DNA of 64,000 bases from Terriglobia bacterium (GCA_963695545.1 OY968796.1:3904001-3968000); one strand, 5' to 3'; counted from the stretch's first letter, positions 9,031 through 19,583 are shown. Numbers and translations are program-made. Notes: a model not told the origin generated them from the letters alone.

Positions 9031-9792
9031 GTGAGATTCTGTCTGGGACGTCACGTATATGGTTTGGCGGCCATCGTGTTCGGCGTCTGCGCGTTGGTGT
9101 GGCACGACTTCAATACTTGGCAACAGGTCCGGCCGCTGGGCGACCTTCCTCACCGCGCGACTTTCGCGTGCATTGTCGGCGTAATCGAGATCGCCGGCGG
9201 CCTGGCGATCCAATGGCGCGGAACGGCGCGAGCAGGCGCGACCGCACTGGGCGCGATCTATCTTATTTTTGCGTTGCTCTGGGTGCCGCGCATCATTGAG
9301 AGTCCGCGGGTTTACGATCCCTACGGCAATTTTTTCGAGCAGTTTTCTCTAGTCTCTGGGGCGTTGATCGTTTACGGGTCCGTTCGTTTCCGCAATTCGG
9401 AGCGAGCGGGGAAATTGGCTCGCATTGGGTACTTCTGTTTCGGGATTTGCGTGGTTTCATTCATGTTCGAACAGCTGTTTATTCTTTCCGCAACCGCATC
9501 GTTCGTTCCGAAGTGGATTCCTCCGGGGCAAATGTTTTGGGCGATAGCAACAACGATTGCGTTCGCGCTCGCAGCCATTGCCCTGTTCTCTGGGCGTTCG
9601 GCCCTTCTCGCGTCTCGCTTATTGACGGCGATGATCGTAGCCTTTGGCTTGCTTATATGGGTCCCGGCACTGTTTGCCGATCCTCATAATCTCTTTAACT
9701 GGGCGGCCAATGCCGAGAATTTGGGTATAGCCGGATCGGCGTGGATCGTCGCGGACTTTCTCAGCCAAATTCGCTCAGCAAAGGCTGTTTAG
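9031..9792 (+). CDS. DoxX-like multi-pass membrane protein (internally duplicated)
   Basis: About 8 hydrophobic segments; FVPKWIPPGQMFWA; two similar halves (LLWVP / LIWVP). Confidence 0.72.
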   Translation: MRFCLGRHVYGLAAIVFGVCALVWHDFNTWQQVRPLGDLPHRATFACIVGVIEIAGGLAIQWRGTARAGATALGAIYLIFALLWVPRIIESPRVYDPYGNFFEQFSLVSGALIVYGSVRFRNSERAGKLARIGYFCFGICVVSFMFEQLFILSATASFVPKWIPPGQMFWAIATTIAFALAAIALFSGRSALLASRLLTAMIVAFGLLIWVPALFADPHNLFNWAANAENLGIAGSAWIVADFLSQIRSAKAV

Positions 9793-9876
9793 AACTCGAT
9801 CGGCCGATTCCCAGCTCACAGGGAATGTGGGACGTTAACGGTGAGCCGGCGCTGGGTAGGTACCGCTGTGCAAGAA

Positions 9877-11097
9877 TTAAATCGCGTCGCGGCGCGGCCA
9901 GAATTCCGCCCATTCGCCGGCGGACATTTCCAAGCGTTCGGGGCGCACCACCAGGAAACCATTGCCACGCGCGAGCGCCACGATGTCGCCGGAGCTTAGC
10001 CAGGGCAACTCCATCACGTTGGGCACGCCCTCGGCGGTCCATTCGAGGCGCGCGGGGAGGAAATGCGCGAGCGGGGCTTTCTGCCGCACCGGCGCCGCCA
10101 AACGCGCGGGGATTAACGTGAGCGGGGTTGGCTCGGCGCCCGCGAGCAATTCGATCGCGGGGCGCACGAACAACTCGAACGTCACCATAGTCGAAGCGGG
10201 ATTGCCGGGCAGGCCGAAAATCCAAACATTGCGGCAGCGGCCGAACACCATCGGGCGGCCGGGGCGGATGGCCACGGCGTCAAAGAAAAATTCCGCTCCC
10301 ATGGCTTTCAGCACCGGCTCAACCAGATCGTACTTCCCTGCCGAGACGCCGCCCGAAAGGATCAGGATATCGGCCGCGGCCAAACCTTTTTCAATCCGGC
10401 CATGGAGCACGTCGGCGTTGTCGGCGGCGTTGCCCAGGGCGATGGGCGCGGCGCCCGATTCGGCGGCAAGAGCTGCGACTGAGACGCCGTTGCTATTGCG
10501 AATCGCGAATGGGCCAACGGCGTCAGCGACGCCGACCACTTCGTCGCCGGTCGAAAGGATCGCCACGCGCGGGCGCGCCGACACATCGATTCGCGCGCGG
10601 CCCACTTGCGCCGCAACGCCCATTTCCGCCGCGCCCATGCGCGTGCCGGGAGGCAACAGCACGTCGCCGTCGCGCGCTTCGCATCCGCGCGCGGCGATAT
10701 TCTGGCCCGGCGCGACGGCGCGATCCGAGCGCACCCGCGTGCCCGATACCTGCGTGTGCTCGATCATCACCACGGCGTCCGCGCCTTCCGGCACCGCCGC
10801 GCCCGTCATAATCTCGACGCACTGACCCGGGCCGATTATCGCGGCGAACGACGCGCCGGCGCGAATTTCGCCGACGATCTCAAGCGCCGCTCCGGGCGCG
10901 GCGAGATCGGCCGAGCGCACGGCAAATCCGTCGCGCGTGGCGCGATTGAAAGGAGGGTAATCGCGGTCGGCAACGACCGGTTGCGCCAAAACGCGGCCTA
11001 GCGCGTCGCCAAGATCAATTGTTTCGGAAGTGGGCAAGCTGCGCGCCGCCCGAATCGTATCGATCACTTTCGCGCGCGCTTCGGAAAACGCCAGCAT
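9877..11097 (-). CDS. moeA: Molybdopterin molybdenumtransferase
   Basis: GRVLA, PPFNRATRDGFAV, IMTGA, STGDE, SGGVSAGKYD, GLPGNPAS. Confidence 0.96.
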   Translation of the reverse strand: MLAFSEARAKVIDTIRAARSLPTSETIDLGDALGRVLAQPVVADRDYPPFNRATRDGFAVRSADLAAPGAALEIVGEIRAGASFAAIIGPGQCVEIMTGAAVPEGADAVVMIEHTQVSGTRVRSDRAVAPGQNIAARGCEARDGDVLLPPGTRMGAAEMGVAAQVGRARIDVSARPRVAILSTGDEVVGVADAVGPFAIRNSNGVSVAALAAESGAAPIALGNAADNADVLHGRIEKGLAAADILILSGGVSAGKYDLVEPVLKAMGAEFFFDAVAIRPGRPMVFGRCRNVWIFGLPGNPASTMVTFELFVRPAIELLAGAEPTPLTLIPARLAAPVRQKAPLAHFLPARLEWTAEGVPNVMELPWLSSGDIVALARGNGFLVVRPERLEMSAGEWAEFWPRRDAI

Positions 11098-11122
11098 GGT
11101 TAGAATCCGCCGCGAATCGCCG

Positions 11123-12427
11123 TCAGAGCCAGCCGGCGAGCTGCGTGCCCGGCAAAATAATCGTCGCGTCGCGCTCGGGGCCAGTGGAGATCATGCCGAT
11201 TTCGATCTCCAAGCTATCGGAAATGAACTTCAGATAATCACGCGCGGCTCGCGGCAGTTGCTCGGCGTCGCGCACGCCTTCGGTGGCGGCGAGCCAGCCG
11301 GGCAGCGTGCGATAGACGGGCGTGATCTCGGCGAACTCTTCCGCGGTGGACGGCATTTCCGTCAGCAGCGAACCTTTGTAACGATAGCCGGTGCAGACCT
11401 GGATTTCGCGTTGCGTATCGAACACGTCGAGCTTGGTGACCACCAGCGAAGATATTCCGTTGATCATCTTCGCGTAGCGCAGCACCACCATGTCCAGCCA
11501 GCCGCAGCGGCGCGGGCGTCCGGTGACGGCGCCGAATTCATTGCCGCGCTGGCGCAGCTCGGTGTTTTCAAGATCGGGCATTTCCGTGGGAAAAGGACCG
11601 CTGCCCACGCGCGTCGTGTAAGCCTTCGTGACGCCGACGACGCCCGTGATGCTGGTCGGCCCAACTCCCGCGCCGGTGCATGCGCCGCCGGATGTGGCAT
11701 TCGACGACGTGACGTAGGGATACGTGCCGTAGTCGATGTCCAGCATGGTGCCTTGCGCGCCCTCGAAAAGCACCGAGCCGCCGCGGCGCATGGCGCCGTT
11801 CACCAGCTCGGCCGTGTCGCAAACATAAGGGCGCAACCGCTCGCCATATTCCAAGTAGCGTTCCGCGACTCCGCCGAGATCGAGATGCACGCCGTAGGTC
11901 GCCCAGCACACCGCGTCTTTGTCACGCGCCACGCGCTCGAACTTCTCGTGGAATTTCTTCGCGTCCGCCAGATCGGCCACGCGCAAGCCGTCGCGCGCCA
12001 TCTTGTCCTGATACGCCGGGCCGATGCCGCGCGAAGTGGTGCCGATTTTCGCCGCGCCGCGCGCCGCTTCGGCGGCCTTCTCCAGTTGCCGGTGATAGGG
12101 AAAAATCAGATGCGCGCGCTTGGAAAGGTGCAGACGGCCGGTGAAGTCGATTCCGGCTGCGGACAATTCATCGATCTCGCCAACCAGCGCTTCGGGGTCC
12201 ACCACGACGCCCGTGCCGATCACCGCATGACGACCCGGCCGCAGAATGCCGGAAGGAATCAATCGCAGGATGAAGCGCCGGCCGTCGAAAATAACGGTGT
12301 GGCCGGCGTTGTGGCCGCCGGCGCAGCGCACGATGTAGTCAAACGAGGCGGCCAGGTAGTCCACCACCTTGCCCTTGCCTTCGTCTCCCCATTGCGCACC
12401 CACCACAACTACAGCTTTCGCCGCCAC
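11123..12427 (-). CDS. purA: Adenylosuccinate synthase
   Basis: GAQWGDEGKGK, GGHNAGHT, EGAQG, TGRPRRCGWLD; GTG start after GGAG. Confidence 0.98.
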   Translation of the reverse strand: MAAKAVVVVGAQWGDEGKGKVVDYLAASFDYIVRCAGGHNAGHTVIFDGRRFILRLIPSGILRPGRHAVIGTGVVVDPEALVGEIDELSAAGIDFTGRLHLSKRAHLIFPYHRQLEKAAEAARGAAKIGTTSRGIGPAYQDKMARDGLRVADLADAKKFHEKFERVARDKDAVCWATYGVHLDLGGVAERYLEYGERLRPYVCDTAELVNGAMRRGGSVLFEGAQGTMLDIDYGTYPYVTSSNATSGGACTGAGVGPTSITGVVGVTKAYTTRVGSGPFPTEMPDLENTELRQRGNEFGAVTGRPRRCGWLDMVVLRYAKMINGISSLVVTKLDVFDTQREIQVCTGYRYKGSLLTEMPSTAEEFAEITPVYRTLPGWLAATEGVRDAEQLPRAARDYLKFISDSLEIEIGMISTGPERDATIILPGTQLAGWL

Positions 12428-12647
12428 GCTCGCTCCATTTCGCACACGCATATCGGGCCTGGCGCGTTTCGATCAGGCCGGTCGAGAGCAGCTATTTTGA
12501 CCGGGAAAATGGCCCAAATGCGCGGATCTCAATCCTACCGTGCGCTTTGGACGAAGGCAAGAGCGCCTGAGCGCGGCCAGCAAACTGGTTCGGGGCTCTG
12601 CGGAGACAATCTGAAGTGACGAGTGGTTCGTCAGGCAACGCCGGCTG

Positions 12648-12696
12648 AAAAAAGAAGCCGCCCCGCGCAACACCATTGCCTGGCGTGGCGCGGGGC
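12648..12696 (-). terminator. Putative intrinsic terminator of the mini PEP-CTERM gene
   Basis: GCCCCGCGC...GCGCGGGGC stem (12660-12696) followed on the minus strand by GGCTTCTTTTTT. Confidence 0.65.
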
Positions 12697-12715
12697 ATGC
12701 GACTCAAACGAGGGT

Positions 12716-12904
12716 TTACTTTACGTCAGACTTGGAGAAGCGGTTCCGCGCAACCAGGGCCAACCCGCCCAAAACGAACAGGCCAGCGGCAAGTTGTACG
12801 AAACTGCTCGGCTCCGGAGCAACGGCTGCCGGCCCAACAGCAAAGGCCGGTGCTGCACTAACCAAGGCACCCACGGTTGCCATTGCCAGGACGAGTTTCT
12901 TCAT
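12716..12904 (-). CDS. 62-aa protein: signal peptide joined almost directly to a PEP-CTERM-like sorting signal
   Basis: MKKLVLAMATVGALVSAAPAFA | VGPAAV APEPSS FVQLAAGLFVLGGLALVA RNRFSK; GAGGGAG RBS. Confidence 0.78.
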   Translation of the reverse strand: MKKLVLAMATVGALVSAAPAFAVGPAAVAPEPSSFVQLAAGLFVLGGLALVARNRFSKSDVK

Positions 12905-12945
12905 AGGTTCTCCCTCAGACTGGCTTGCTACAACGTGGAAAATAC

Positions 12946-12962
12946 AGCACTTTAATTGCCAA
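12946..12962 (-). promoter_or_regulatory. Putative sigma-54 (-24/-12) promoter
   Basis: TTGGCAATTAAAGTGCT has GG-N10-GC spacing and lies about 40 nt upstream of the mini gene start. Confidence 0.6.
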
Positions 12963-13202
12963 CGCAAGATCTAAACAAAACGAGCAAAATACGGCTTGCG
13001 AGCTTTGAGTATCGGTCCTTGAGCGTCAACCGCGGTGCTGCTATCTGCAAATGGTTGCGACATCTGTGTGCCGCGTCTAACGAAGCACGCTGGCGGAACT
13101 TTGCGCCACGAAGCTTGTCTTTGCGACCCATGCGGCGCATGGTGTAACCTACGGGTGCGGGCTCGGCAAACAGCCCGCGATAACTTTGTTCAGGAGATTC
13201 CG

Positions 13203-13682
13203 ATGCCTGAAACCGAGATCGCTACGTTTGGCGCGGGATGTTTCTGGGGCGTGGAAGCGGCGTTCCGGCGCGTTCCCGGGGTGATTGACGTCGCCGTGGG
13301 CTACTCCGGCGGCCACACCGCGAATCCCACTTATAAAGACGTGTGTACGGACCGTACCGGGCACGCCGAGGTCGTCGAAGTCACCTATGACCCGGCCCAG
13401 GTGAGCTACGATCAACTCCTAAATGTTTTCTGGGAGGAACACGACCCCACGCAGGTGAATCGCCAGGGGCCGGACTTCGGCACTCAGTACCGCAGCGCGA
13501 TTTTCTTTCACTCACCTGAACAGGAAGCCACCGCAAAAAAATCGAAGGCCGCGCTTGAGGCGTCGGGAAAATTCCGCCGCCCCATCGCCACGGAGATCAC
13601 GCCGGCCTCGAAGTTCCATCGCGCCGAGGAGTACCACCAGCGCTATCTTGAAAAGCGCGGCGCCGCGTCCTGCCACTTCTAG
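13203..13682 (+). CDS. msrA: Peptide-methionine (S)-S-oxide reductase
   Basis: [40 protein letters not shown]. Confidence 0.97.
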   Translation: MPETEIATFGAGCFWGVEAAFRRVPGVIDVAVGYSGGHTANPTYKDVCTDRTGHAEVVEVTYDPAQVSYDQLLNVFWEEHDPTQVNRQGPDFGTQYRSAIFFHSPEQEATAKKSKAALEASGKFRRPIATEITPASKFHRAEEYHQRYLEKRGAASCHF

Positions 13683-13693
13683 GTTTACAGAAT

Positions 13694-14029
13694 TTACGCC
13701 AGGGCCTTCTCGACGGCCTTGGTGATTTGATCCTTCGGAACCGCGCCGACGATCTGCTCAGCCACTTGCCCGCCCTTGAAGATAAGCAGCGTGGGAATGC
13801 CGCGGATATTGAACTTGCCGGCCGAGTTCACGTTCTCGTCCACGTTCAGCTTCACAACTTTTAGCCGCCCGGAATACGCGGTCGCGATTTCCGCCACCGT
13901 CGGAGCCAGCATATGACACGGCCGGCACCACTCCGCCCAGAAATCCACCATCACGGGCGTCGTGCTGCTCGCGTCGATCACTTCCGCCTGAAAACTGCTG
14001 TCGCTTACACTACTGACATTTTCCGCCAT
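13694..14029 (-). CDS. trxA: Thioredoxin
   Basis: VDFWAEWCRPC, IRGIPTL. Confidence 0.93.
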   Translation of the reverse strand: MAENVSSVSDSSFQAEVIDASSTTPVMVDFWAEWCRPCHMLAPTVAEIATAYSGRLKVVKLNVDENVNSAGKFNIRGIPTLLIFKGGQVAEQIVGAVPKDQITKAVEKALA

Positions 14030-14114
14030 CTCAACCTTTCCCGCGGGGGCACGGAGCATCTTAAACCCACTCCCCGCCTTCATAAACTGTTTTGTTGCGT
14101 CCTAATTATGCGTC

Positions 14115-15590
14115 CTAATTAGATGTCGCAGCGCCCGTTCGGTTTCTGCCTTTCCACGCGACCTCGTACAGCCGAGCATACTCCGCCGCCGAGGCGTTCC
14201 AGGAATAATCCTTCGCCATGCCGTTCAATTGCAACTGCTGCCACGTCAGGCGGTCGGGAAAAACTGCCAGCGCCTCGCGCACGGCGCCCAGCAGCGCGGC
14301 GCCCTCGTAAGCCGAGAATTTGAAACCGGTTCCCTGCTGCGTGCTCGCGTCGAATGCTTCGATCGTATCGTCCAAACCGCCGGTGGCGCGCACGATCGGC
14401 ACCGTGCCGTAGCGCAGACTATAAATCTGATTCAGCCCGCAAGGCTCGTAGTGCGACGGCATCAAAAACATGTCCGCTCCCGCCTCGACCTTGTGCGCGA
14501 TGGTATTGTCGTAGGTCACCATCACCGCGACCTTGTGCGGGAAGCGCGCCGCCAAATCGCGGAACAATTGTTCATAGCGCGCCTCGCCCGCTCCGAGCGC
14601 CACAATCGCCAGATCGAGCTTCATTAGTTCGCCGGCCACTTGCTCCACCAAATCGAATCCCTTCTGCGCCGCGAATCGCGAAACGATCCCGACAAGCGGT
14701 CGGTCCACATCCGTCTCCCGCGAAGCCGGCAGCCCGAACAGATTGAGCAGATCCTTTTTGCATACGCGCTTGCCGCTGAAATCGCGCGTCGAATACGGAG
14801 CGGCGATCAATTTGTCTTTCTCCGGGCTCCACACACTGTAATCCACGCCGTTCAAAATTCCCTGCAGGCGATCCGCGCGCGCGCGCACCACGCCGTCGAG
14901 GCCGCATCCGTATTCCGTGGTCTGAATTTCCTGCGCATAAGTCGGGCTGACGGTCGTTAGATAATCCGAAAACACCAATCCGCCCTTCAGAAAATCGGCC
15001 TTGCCGTAAAACTCCATGGCCTCGACGCTGAAAAGCGACGCCGGCAATCCGAGTTGCGTCAGCACGCCGCGCGGAAAGGCGCCGTGGTAGCCCATGTTGT
15101 GAATCGTGAAAATTACCGGCACGCGCGCGAACGCCGGATCGCCCGAGTATTGCGTGCGCAGCAGCACCGGCACGAGTGCCGCCTGCCAATCATGACAATG
15201 AATCACGTCGAACGGCCCGCCGCGCTTCGCGAATTCCACCACCGCGCGCGCGTATTCGCCGAAGCGATCCGCATTGTCCGCATAATCTTTGCCCTGCACG
15301 CCGTAGAGCGCCTCGCGATCGAAATATTCCGGGTCGTCGACGAAAAAGTAGCGCACCCCAACCTTTGCTCCGCCTCCAACGATCGATGGGAATCGAAGCC
15401 GCTCTCCAAATGCCACCGTGAGGCTCGGCAGCACAATGGGTTCCGTTGGATTTTTTCGATAGCGCGGCAGAATCACGCTCACTTCATGACCCAGAGCGAC
15501 CAGCGCTTTCGGCAGCGCCTCAACCACGTCGGCCAATCCGCCGGTCTTCGAGTACGGAAGTCCCTCGGACGCCGCAAACAGGATTTTCAT
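14115..15590 (-). CDS. glgA: Glycogen synthase
   Basis: KTGGLADV, HCHDWQ, FTIHN, EPCGLNQ, TGGL. Confidence 0.96.
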   Translation of the reverse strand: MKILFAASEGLPYSKTGGLADVVEALPKALVALGHEVSVILPRYRKNPTEPIVLPSLTVAFGERLRFPSIVGGGAKVGVRYFFVDDPEYFDREALYGVQGKDYADNADRFGEYARAVVEFAKRGGPFDVIHCHDWQAALVPVLLRTQYSGDPAFARVPVIFTIHNMGYHGAFPRGVLTQLGLPASLFSVEAMEFYGKADFLKGGLVFSDYLTTVSPTYAQEIQTTEYGCGLDGVVRARADRLQGILNGVDYSVWSPEKDKLIAAPYSTRDFSGKRVCKKDLLNLFGLPASRETDVDRPLVGIVSRFAAQKGFDLVEQVAGELMKLDLAIVALGAGEARYEQLFRDLAARFPHKVAVMVTYDNTIAHKVEAGADMFLMPSHYEPCGLNQIYSLRYGTVPIVRATGGLDDTIEAFDASTQQGTGFKFSAYEGAALLGAVREALAVFPDRLTWQQLQLNGMAKDYSWNASAAEYARLYEVAWKGRNRTGAATSN

Positions 15591-15750
15591 GTACCCTCGA
15601 GGTGATCTCCCAAACTACTGAACGCCAAAAGTTTCGTCAAGCCCGCGTTGCGCGCGAGCAAACACCTCGAGCGCGCGACGCCCGCGTTTCATCGGTCCAA
15701 TTGGAAATTTCGGTTTGAACGCCTCGAAATCTCGGCGTCGGCTTCCGTCC

Positions 15751-16293
15751 TTAGCTCTTCACCGCCGCCGCGGCAATCCGTGCCTGCTGTGCTCGCGTCA
15801 AATGCGGCACGACTCCGACGATTCGCTCGATCACCATCAATTGCCCGCGATGATGCATCTCGTGTTCCTTCACGCCGAGGATCATCTCGAATCGGCTCTT
15901 CGTGGCGATAGGCGCGCCCGGAGGCATTTCGACTTGCTCCGCAAGAAATGCATCGCTTAGCCCCTCGAGCCATCCCGCGAATTTTTCGCCGGAGCTCGTA
16001 AGCAATTCGATGGTCTGCGCTTTGCTCCGCAGAATTTTCTCCTCCGCCGCCAACTGTTTCCCTCGCGCCATAAAATCGTATCCCACCAGCGTAGCGCGGT
16101 GCTCCTGCCCGTGAATCTGGTACTGAAATTGAGAAGTGAGAGCGATATGCACCAACAGTTCCCCGACGGATTTCGACTCCGCCGTCGGCCGGAATCCATA
16201 TTTGTCTTCCGGAATATCCTGCGCGATCACGATCGTGTTCTTGCGCACGGTGCGAAAACTTTCCGCCATCTGCTTACCGCCGTAATGATTCAC
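15751..16293 (-). CDS. DinB/YfiT family protein
   Basis: FRPT..SKSVGELLVHIA and HEMHHRGQL metal-binding His pattern; GAGGAG RBS before GTG. Confidence 0.88.
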   Translation of the reverse strand: MNHYGGKQMAESFRTVRKNTIVIAQDIPEDKYGFRPTAESKSVGELLVHIALTSQFQYQIHGQEHRATLVGYDFMARGKQLAAEEKILRSKAQTIELLTSSGEKFAGWLEGLSDAFLAEQVEMPPGAPIATKSRFEMILGVKEHEMHHRGQLMVIERIVGVVPHLTRAQQARIAAAAVKS

Positions 16294-16437
16294 AGTTCTC
16301 TCCTCATCAAGCTTCTCGTCGCGTCTCGACGTTATGCGCCTGAAAGTCTAACACGAGGTTGCGCCACACGCGGCAGACTGGCCGGATTTCCGCAAATCGC
16401 GTACACTTCCGCCGACATCATCTAAAGGAGTCAGTAA

Positions 16438-17187
16438 ATGGCCGATCTATTCAAAACTTCCAATCCCGCGTTGAATGCCAACACCTTCCAGGGTCCGGTC
16501 GCCGAAGCCGGCCAGGCCATGACGCTGCAAGGCACGGTCAACAAAACCGGCTTGCTGCTGCTCTGCGTCGTGGGCACAGCCGCGTGGACCTGGGGCCTCG
16601 CGCATTCCGCGACTCCTCAAGCGGTGCTCCCCTGGATGATTGGCGGCGCCATCGCCGGGCTGATCTTCGCGCTGGTGACGGTATTCAAAAAAAGGTGGTC
16701 GCCGATCACAGCTCCCATTTACGCGCTGTGCGAAGGGCTCCTCCTGGGCGGCATTTCCGCGCTGCTTGAACAGCAGTATCCCGGCATCGCGATTCAAGCC
16801 ATGGGATTGACGTTCGGCGTGACCGCCGTGATGCTGGTGCTCTACACTTCACGCGTCCTCCGCGCGACGCCGAAATTCACCATGGGCGTGATCGCGGCCA
16901 CCGGCGGCATCTTCCTGCTCTACATGGTGGACATTGCCATGGGCTTTTTCGGCCACCACATCGCGCTGCTCAATAGCTCCGGTCCGTGGGGCATCGGACT
17001 GAGCGTGGTGATCGTGATCATCGCCGCCCTGAATCTGATTTTGGATTTCGGTTTCGTCGAAACCGGCGTGCAAGCGAGCGCGCCGAAGTATATGGAATGG
17101 TACGGCGCGTTCGGCATCATGGTGACGCTGGTCTGGATGTACGTGGAGATCCTGAATCTGCTGGCTCAGTTGCGCAATCGCCGCTAA
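16438..17187 (+). CDS. Bax inhibitor-1/YccA family membrane protein
   Basis: MTLQGTVNKT, IAALNLILDF, APKYMEWYGAFG. Confidence 0.92.
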   Translation: MADLFKTSNPALNANTFQGPVAEAGQAMTLQGTVNKTGLLLLCVVGTAAWTWGLAHSATPQAVLPWMIGGAIAGLIFALVTVFKKRWSPITAPIYALCEGLLLGGISALLEQQYPGIAIQAMGLTFGVTAVMLVLYTSRVLRATPKFTMGVIAATGGIFLLYMVDIAMGFFGHHIALLNSSGPWGIGLSVVIVIIAALNLILDFGFVETGVQASAPKYMEWYGAFGIMVTLVWMYVEILNLLAQLRNRR

Positions 17188-17286
17188 CGCCCGGCGTGAT
17201 GCTGAATTCGATTTTGGGGGCGCCCCCATGTTCGTCCCGCCCCACGGGCGAACGTGGGATTAATTGTCGCGAAGCCGATTTCTCTT

Positions 17287-17757
17287 TCACGCTTCTGAAA
17301 TCTCGTCGCCCACGCGGATTTCTCCGCCCGACACAATTTCCGCTCTCAACCCGCCGCGATGTAGCAGCGCCTTAATCACGCCCTTGGCGCCCGACAACGC
17401 CTCCAGATGCTCGCACGGCTCGCACAGCCGAATACCCTCGAGCGTCACCGCGCCCACGCGAAATTTCCGTCCCACCAGATGATTAAGCGCGACGCCGCGC
17501 GTCGTCAAATTTCGCCGCGCGCTCGCCGCCGCTAACTCGATCTTCGATTCCCGCGCAATCGCCTCCAGCGCCTCTTCCTCGATCAGCGTGACGTGCCTAC
17601 CCCCGCCCTCCCAATTTGAAAACGAACCCACTCCCGCGCCATACCGATCGCCATCGATCCCTTTGCCCTCGACGACGGTCGCCGTCGCCACCGACGAGAG
17701 ATCGCCTTTCGCCTCTCGTGCGACGTAAATCCCCGTCAATCGCCCTGACCAGCTCAT
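17287..17757 (-). CDS. MOSC domain protein
   Basis: GIDGDRY, RHVTLI, RRNL, CEPC, RGGLRA. Confidence 0.9.
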   Translation of the reverse strand: MSWSGRLTGIYVAREAKGDLSSVATATVVEGKGIDGDRYGAGVGSFSNWEGGGRHVTLIEEEALEAIARESKIELAAASARRNLTTRGVALNHLVGRKFRVGAVTLEGIRLCEPCEHLEALSGAKGVIKALLHRGGLRAEIVSGGEIRVGDEISEA

Positions 17758-17901
17758 GAAATCTCCGGGAAGTACTTCTGCCACGGTGTAAAACAACGCT
17801 ATCCCAACTTCGTGCTGCCGACAACTTCCAAATTGGCGCGCCACCGCTCCTGATAGACTCATCGAGCGGCTGCGCCTTTATTTGGAGCCCGGCAAAAGCA
17901 C

Positions 17902-18690
17902 ATGAGCCCAGAACGGCTTGGCCAACATTTTCTGATCGGCGCGGGTTGGCGCGAACGCGTGATCGGCGCGATCGCGCCGAAGCCGAACGCCGTGTGGCTT
18001 GAGATCGGAGCGGGGCACGGCGAAATGACCACGCTGCTCGCGTGTCGCGCCAAGCAAGTGATCGCGATCGAGCTCGACCCGCCGCTCGCGCGGCGCCTCG
18101 AAGAAGTCACGGCGGCCGCCGGGAACGTGCGCGTGGTTTCGGGCGACGTGCTGGAACTCGATCTCGCTTCGCTCGTACCGCTCGCCGGCGCAGAGCGCTT
18201 TCACGTTTACGGCAATCTTCCTTACTACATCACCTCGCCCATCTTGCATCGCCTGTTCGAGATGGCCGAGCGCATCGCATCGATCCACATCGTGGTGCAA
18301 ATGGAGGTCGCCGAGCGGATCGCCGCGCGACCCGGCCGGCGTGAATACGGCTACCTCTCTGTCTTGGCGCAATTCCATGCGCGGCCTGAGATTCGCCTAA
18401 AAATCCCGCCGGGCGCATTTCGTCCGCGCCCGCGCGTGTTTTCCGCGCTGGTGAGCATGGAACTCCCGGGCGCCGGCAGCACGCTGGGCATCGCGGATAC
18501 CGCCGCGTTTTTCGAGTTCGTGAAAGTGTGCTTCGCGCAAAAACGAAAAACGCTCTGGAACAATCTGCGAGGCGCGGTCGGAGAAGAGCGCACAAAAATA
18601 GCGCTGGCCGCCGCGAGCATCGAGCCCCGCACGCGCGCCGAGGAACTATCCGTGCCCCAATTCGCCGCGTTATATCGCGCTTTGCCCTAA
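17902..18690 (+). CDS. rsmA: 16S rRNA m6,2A1518/1519 dimethyltransferase
   Basis: LGQHFL, LEIGAGHG, GNLPYYITSPIL, F.QKRKTL.NNL. Confidence 0.95.
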   Translation: MSPERLGQHFLIGAGWRERVIGAIAPKPNAVWLEIGAGHGEMTTLLACRAKQVIAIELDPPLARRLEEVTAAAGNVRVVSGDVLELDLASLVPLAGAERFHVYGNLPYYITSPILHRLFEMAERIASIHIVVQMEVAERIAARPGRREYGYLSVLAQFHARPEIRLKIPPGAFRPRPRVFSALVSMELPGAGSTLGIADTAAFFEFVKVCFAQKRKTLWNNLRGAVGEERTKIALAAASIEPRTRAEELSVPQFAALYRALP

Positions 18691-18826
18691 GGCTCTCTCC
18701 CGGGCTCTTTGAGGTATCTGCGGTACGGCTCCCGCACCGCATCTGAGCATCTAAATGTCAGGCGGTGTTTGTGAAGCGGGAACGTTTCCCACCGCCGCAT
18801 TTGCTCACGATGAGGAGGAAGCTACA

Positions 18827-19393
18827 ATGACCGTCCGCACAAAAAATTGGATTTCAGGATTGCTCCTGGCCACGGCCATCACTTTCGGCGCAGGCTACAC
18901 GGCGAGAACGTCAGCTGCCGCAGCAGAACCCGCGACGGCCCCGGCCAGGAACACACTTGCTGGCCAAGTGGATCACGCGCTATCCATGATGCCGCGCTAC
19001 ACAGTTTTCGATAACATCTCGTTCCGCGTGAAAGGCACCAAGGTGATCCTCTTGGGACAAGTCACGCAGCCAGTAACCAAGAGCGATGCTGAGAACGCCG
19101 CGAAGGGCGTGAAAGGCGTCACCCAGGTAGTGGACAAAATCGAGGTGCTTCCGCTTTCGCCGATGGACGACCAAACCCGGCTCGCGGAATATCACGCGAT
19201 CTACGATTACCCGAGCCTTTCGCACTACGGACTCGGCTCATACCACGCGATTCGTATCATCGTGAATAACGGCCACGTCACGCTGGTTGGCACGGTGGAC
19301 TCGAAGGCCGACGCCGACACGGCCAACGTTCGCGCCAATGGCGTGCCTGGCGTTTTTTCGGTGACCAACAACCTTACAGTGGCAGCGAGCTGA
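18827..19393 (+). CDS. Exported double BON-domain protein
   Basis: Signal peptide; two BON repeats ending GVTQVVDKIEV and GVFSVTNNL; GAGGAGG RBS. Confidence 0.88.
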   Translation: MTVRTKNWISGLLLATAITFGAGYTARTSAAAAEPATAPARNTLAGQVDHALSMMPRYTVFDNISFRVKGTKVILLGQVTQPVTKSDAENAAKGVKGVTQVVDKIEVLPLSPMDDQTRLAEYHAIYDYPSLSHYGLGSYHAIRIIVNNGHVTLVGTVDSKADADTANVRANGVPGVFSVTNNLTVAAS

Positions 19394-19583
19394 ACTGGGC
19401 CGAACACGGCCGAAAACGAAGCATGCCTCGTGGCGGCGCGAACCCGGCAAAAATGGATTCGCGCCGCTACCGCAAATGAGCGACGGGCGTGCGCGCGCAG
19501 CGCACGCCCAGGATGTTGCAAGCCGGACACCGCGCGCGGCGCCAACCTTGCCGGGTCCGCGGCGGCTCTGTGATACTCGCGGC

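Noticed and set aside
11030..12619. 529-aa plus-strand ORF (also 138..1430, 33537..35144, 35792..37339, 36745..38313, 46976..48403, 57276..58805)
   Set aside because: All are antisense to well-supported housekeeping genes, have unnatural composition and show no recognisable domains
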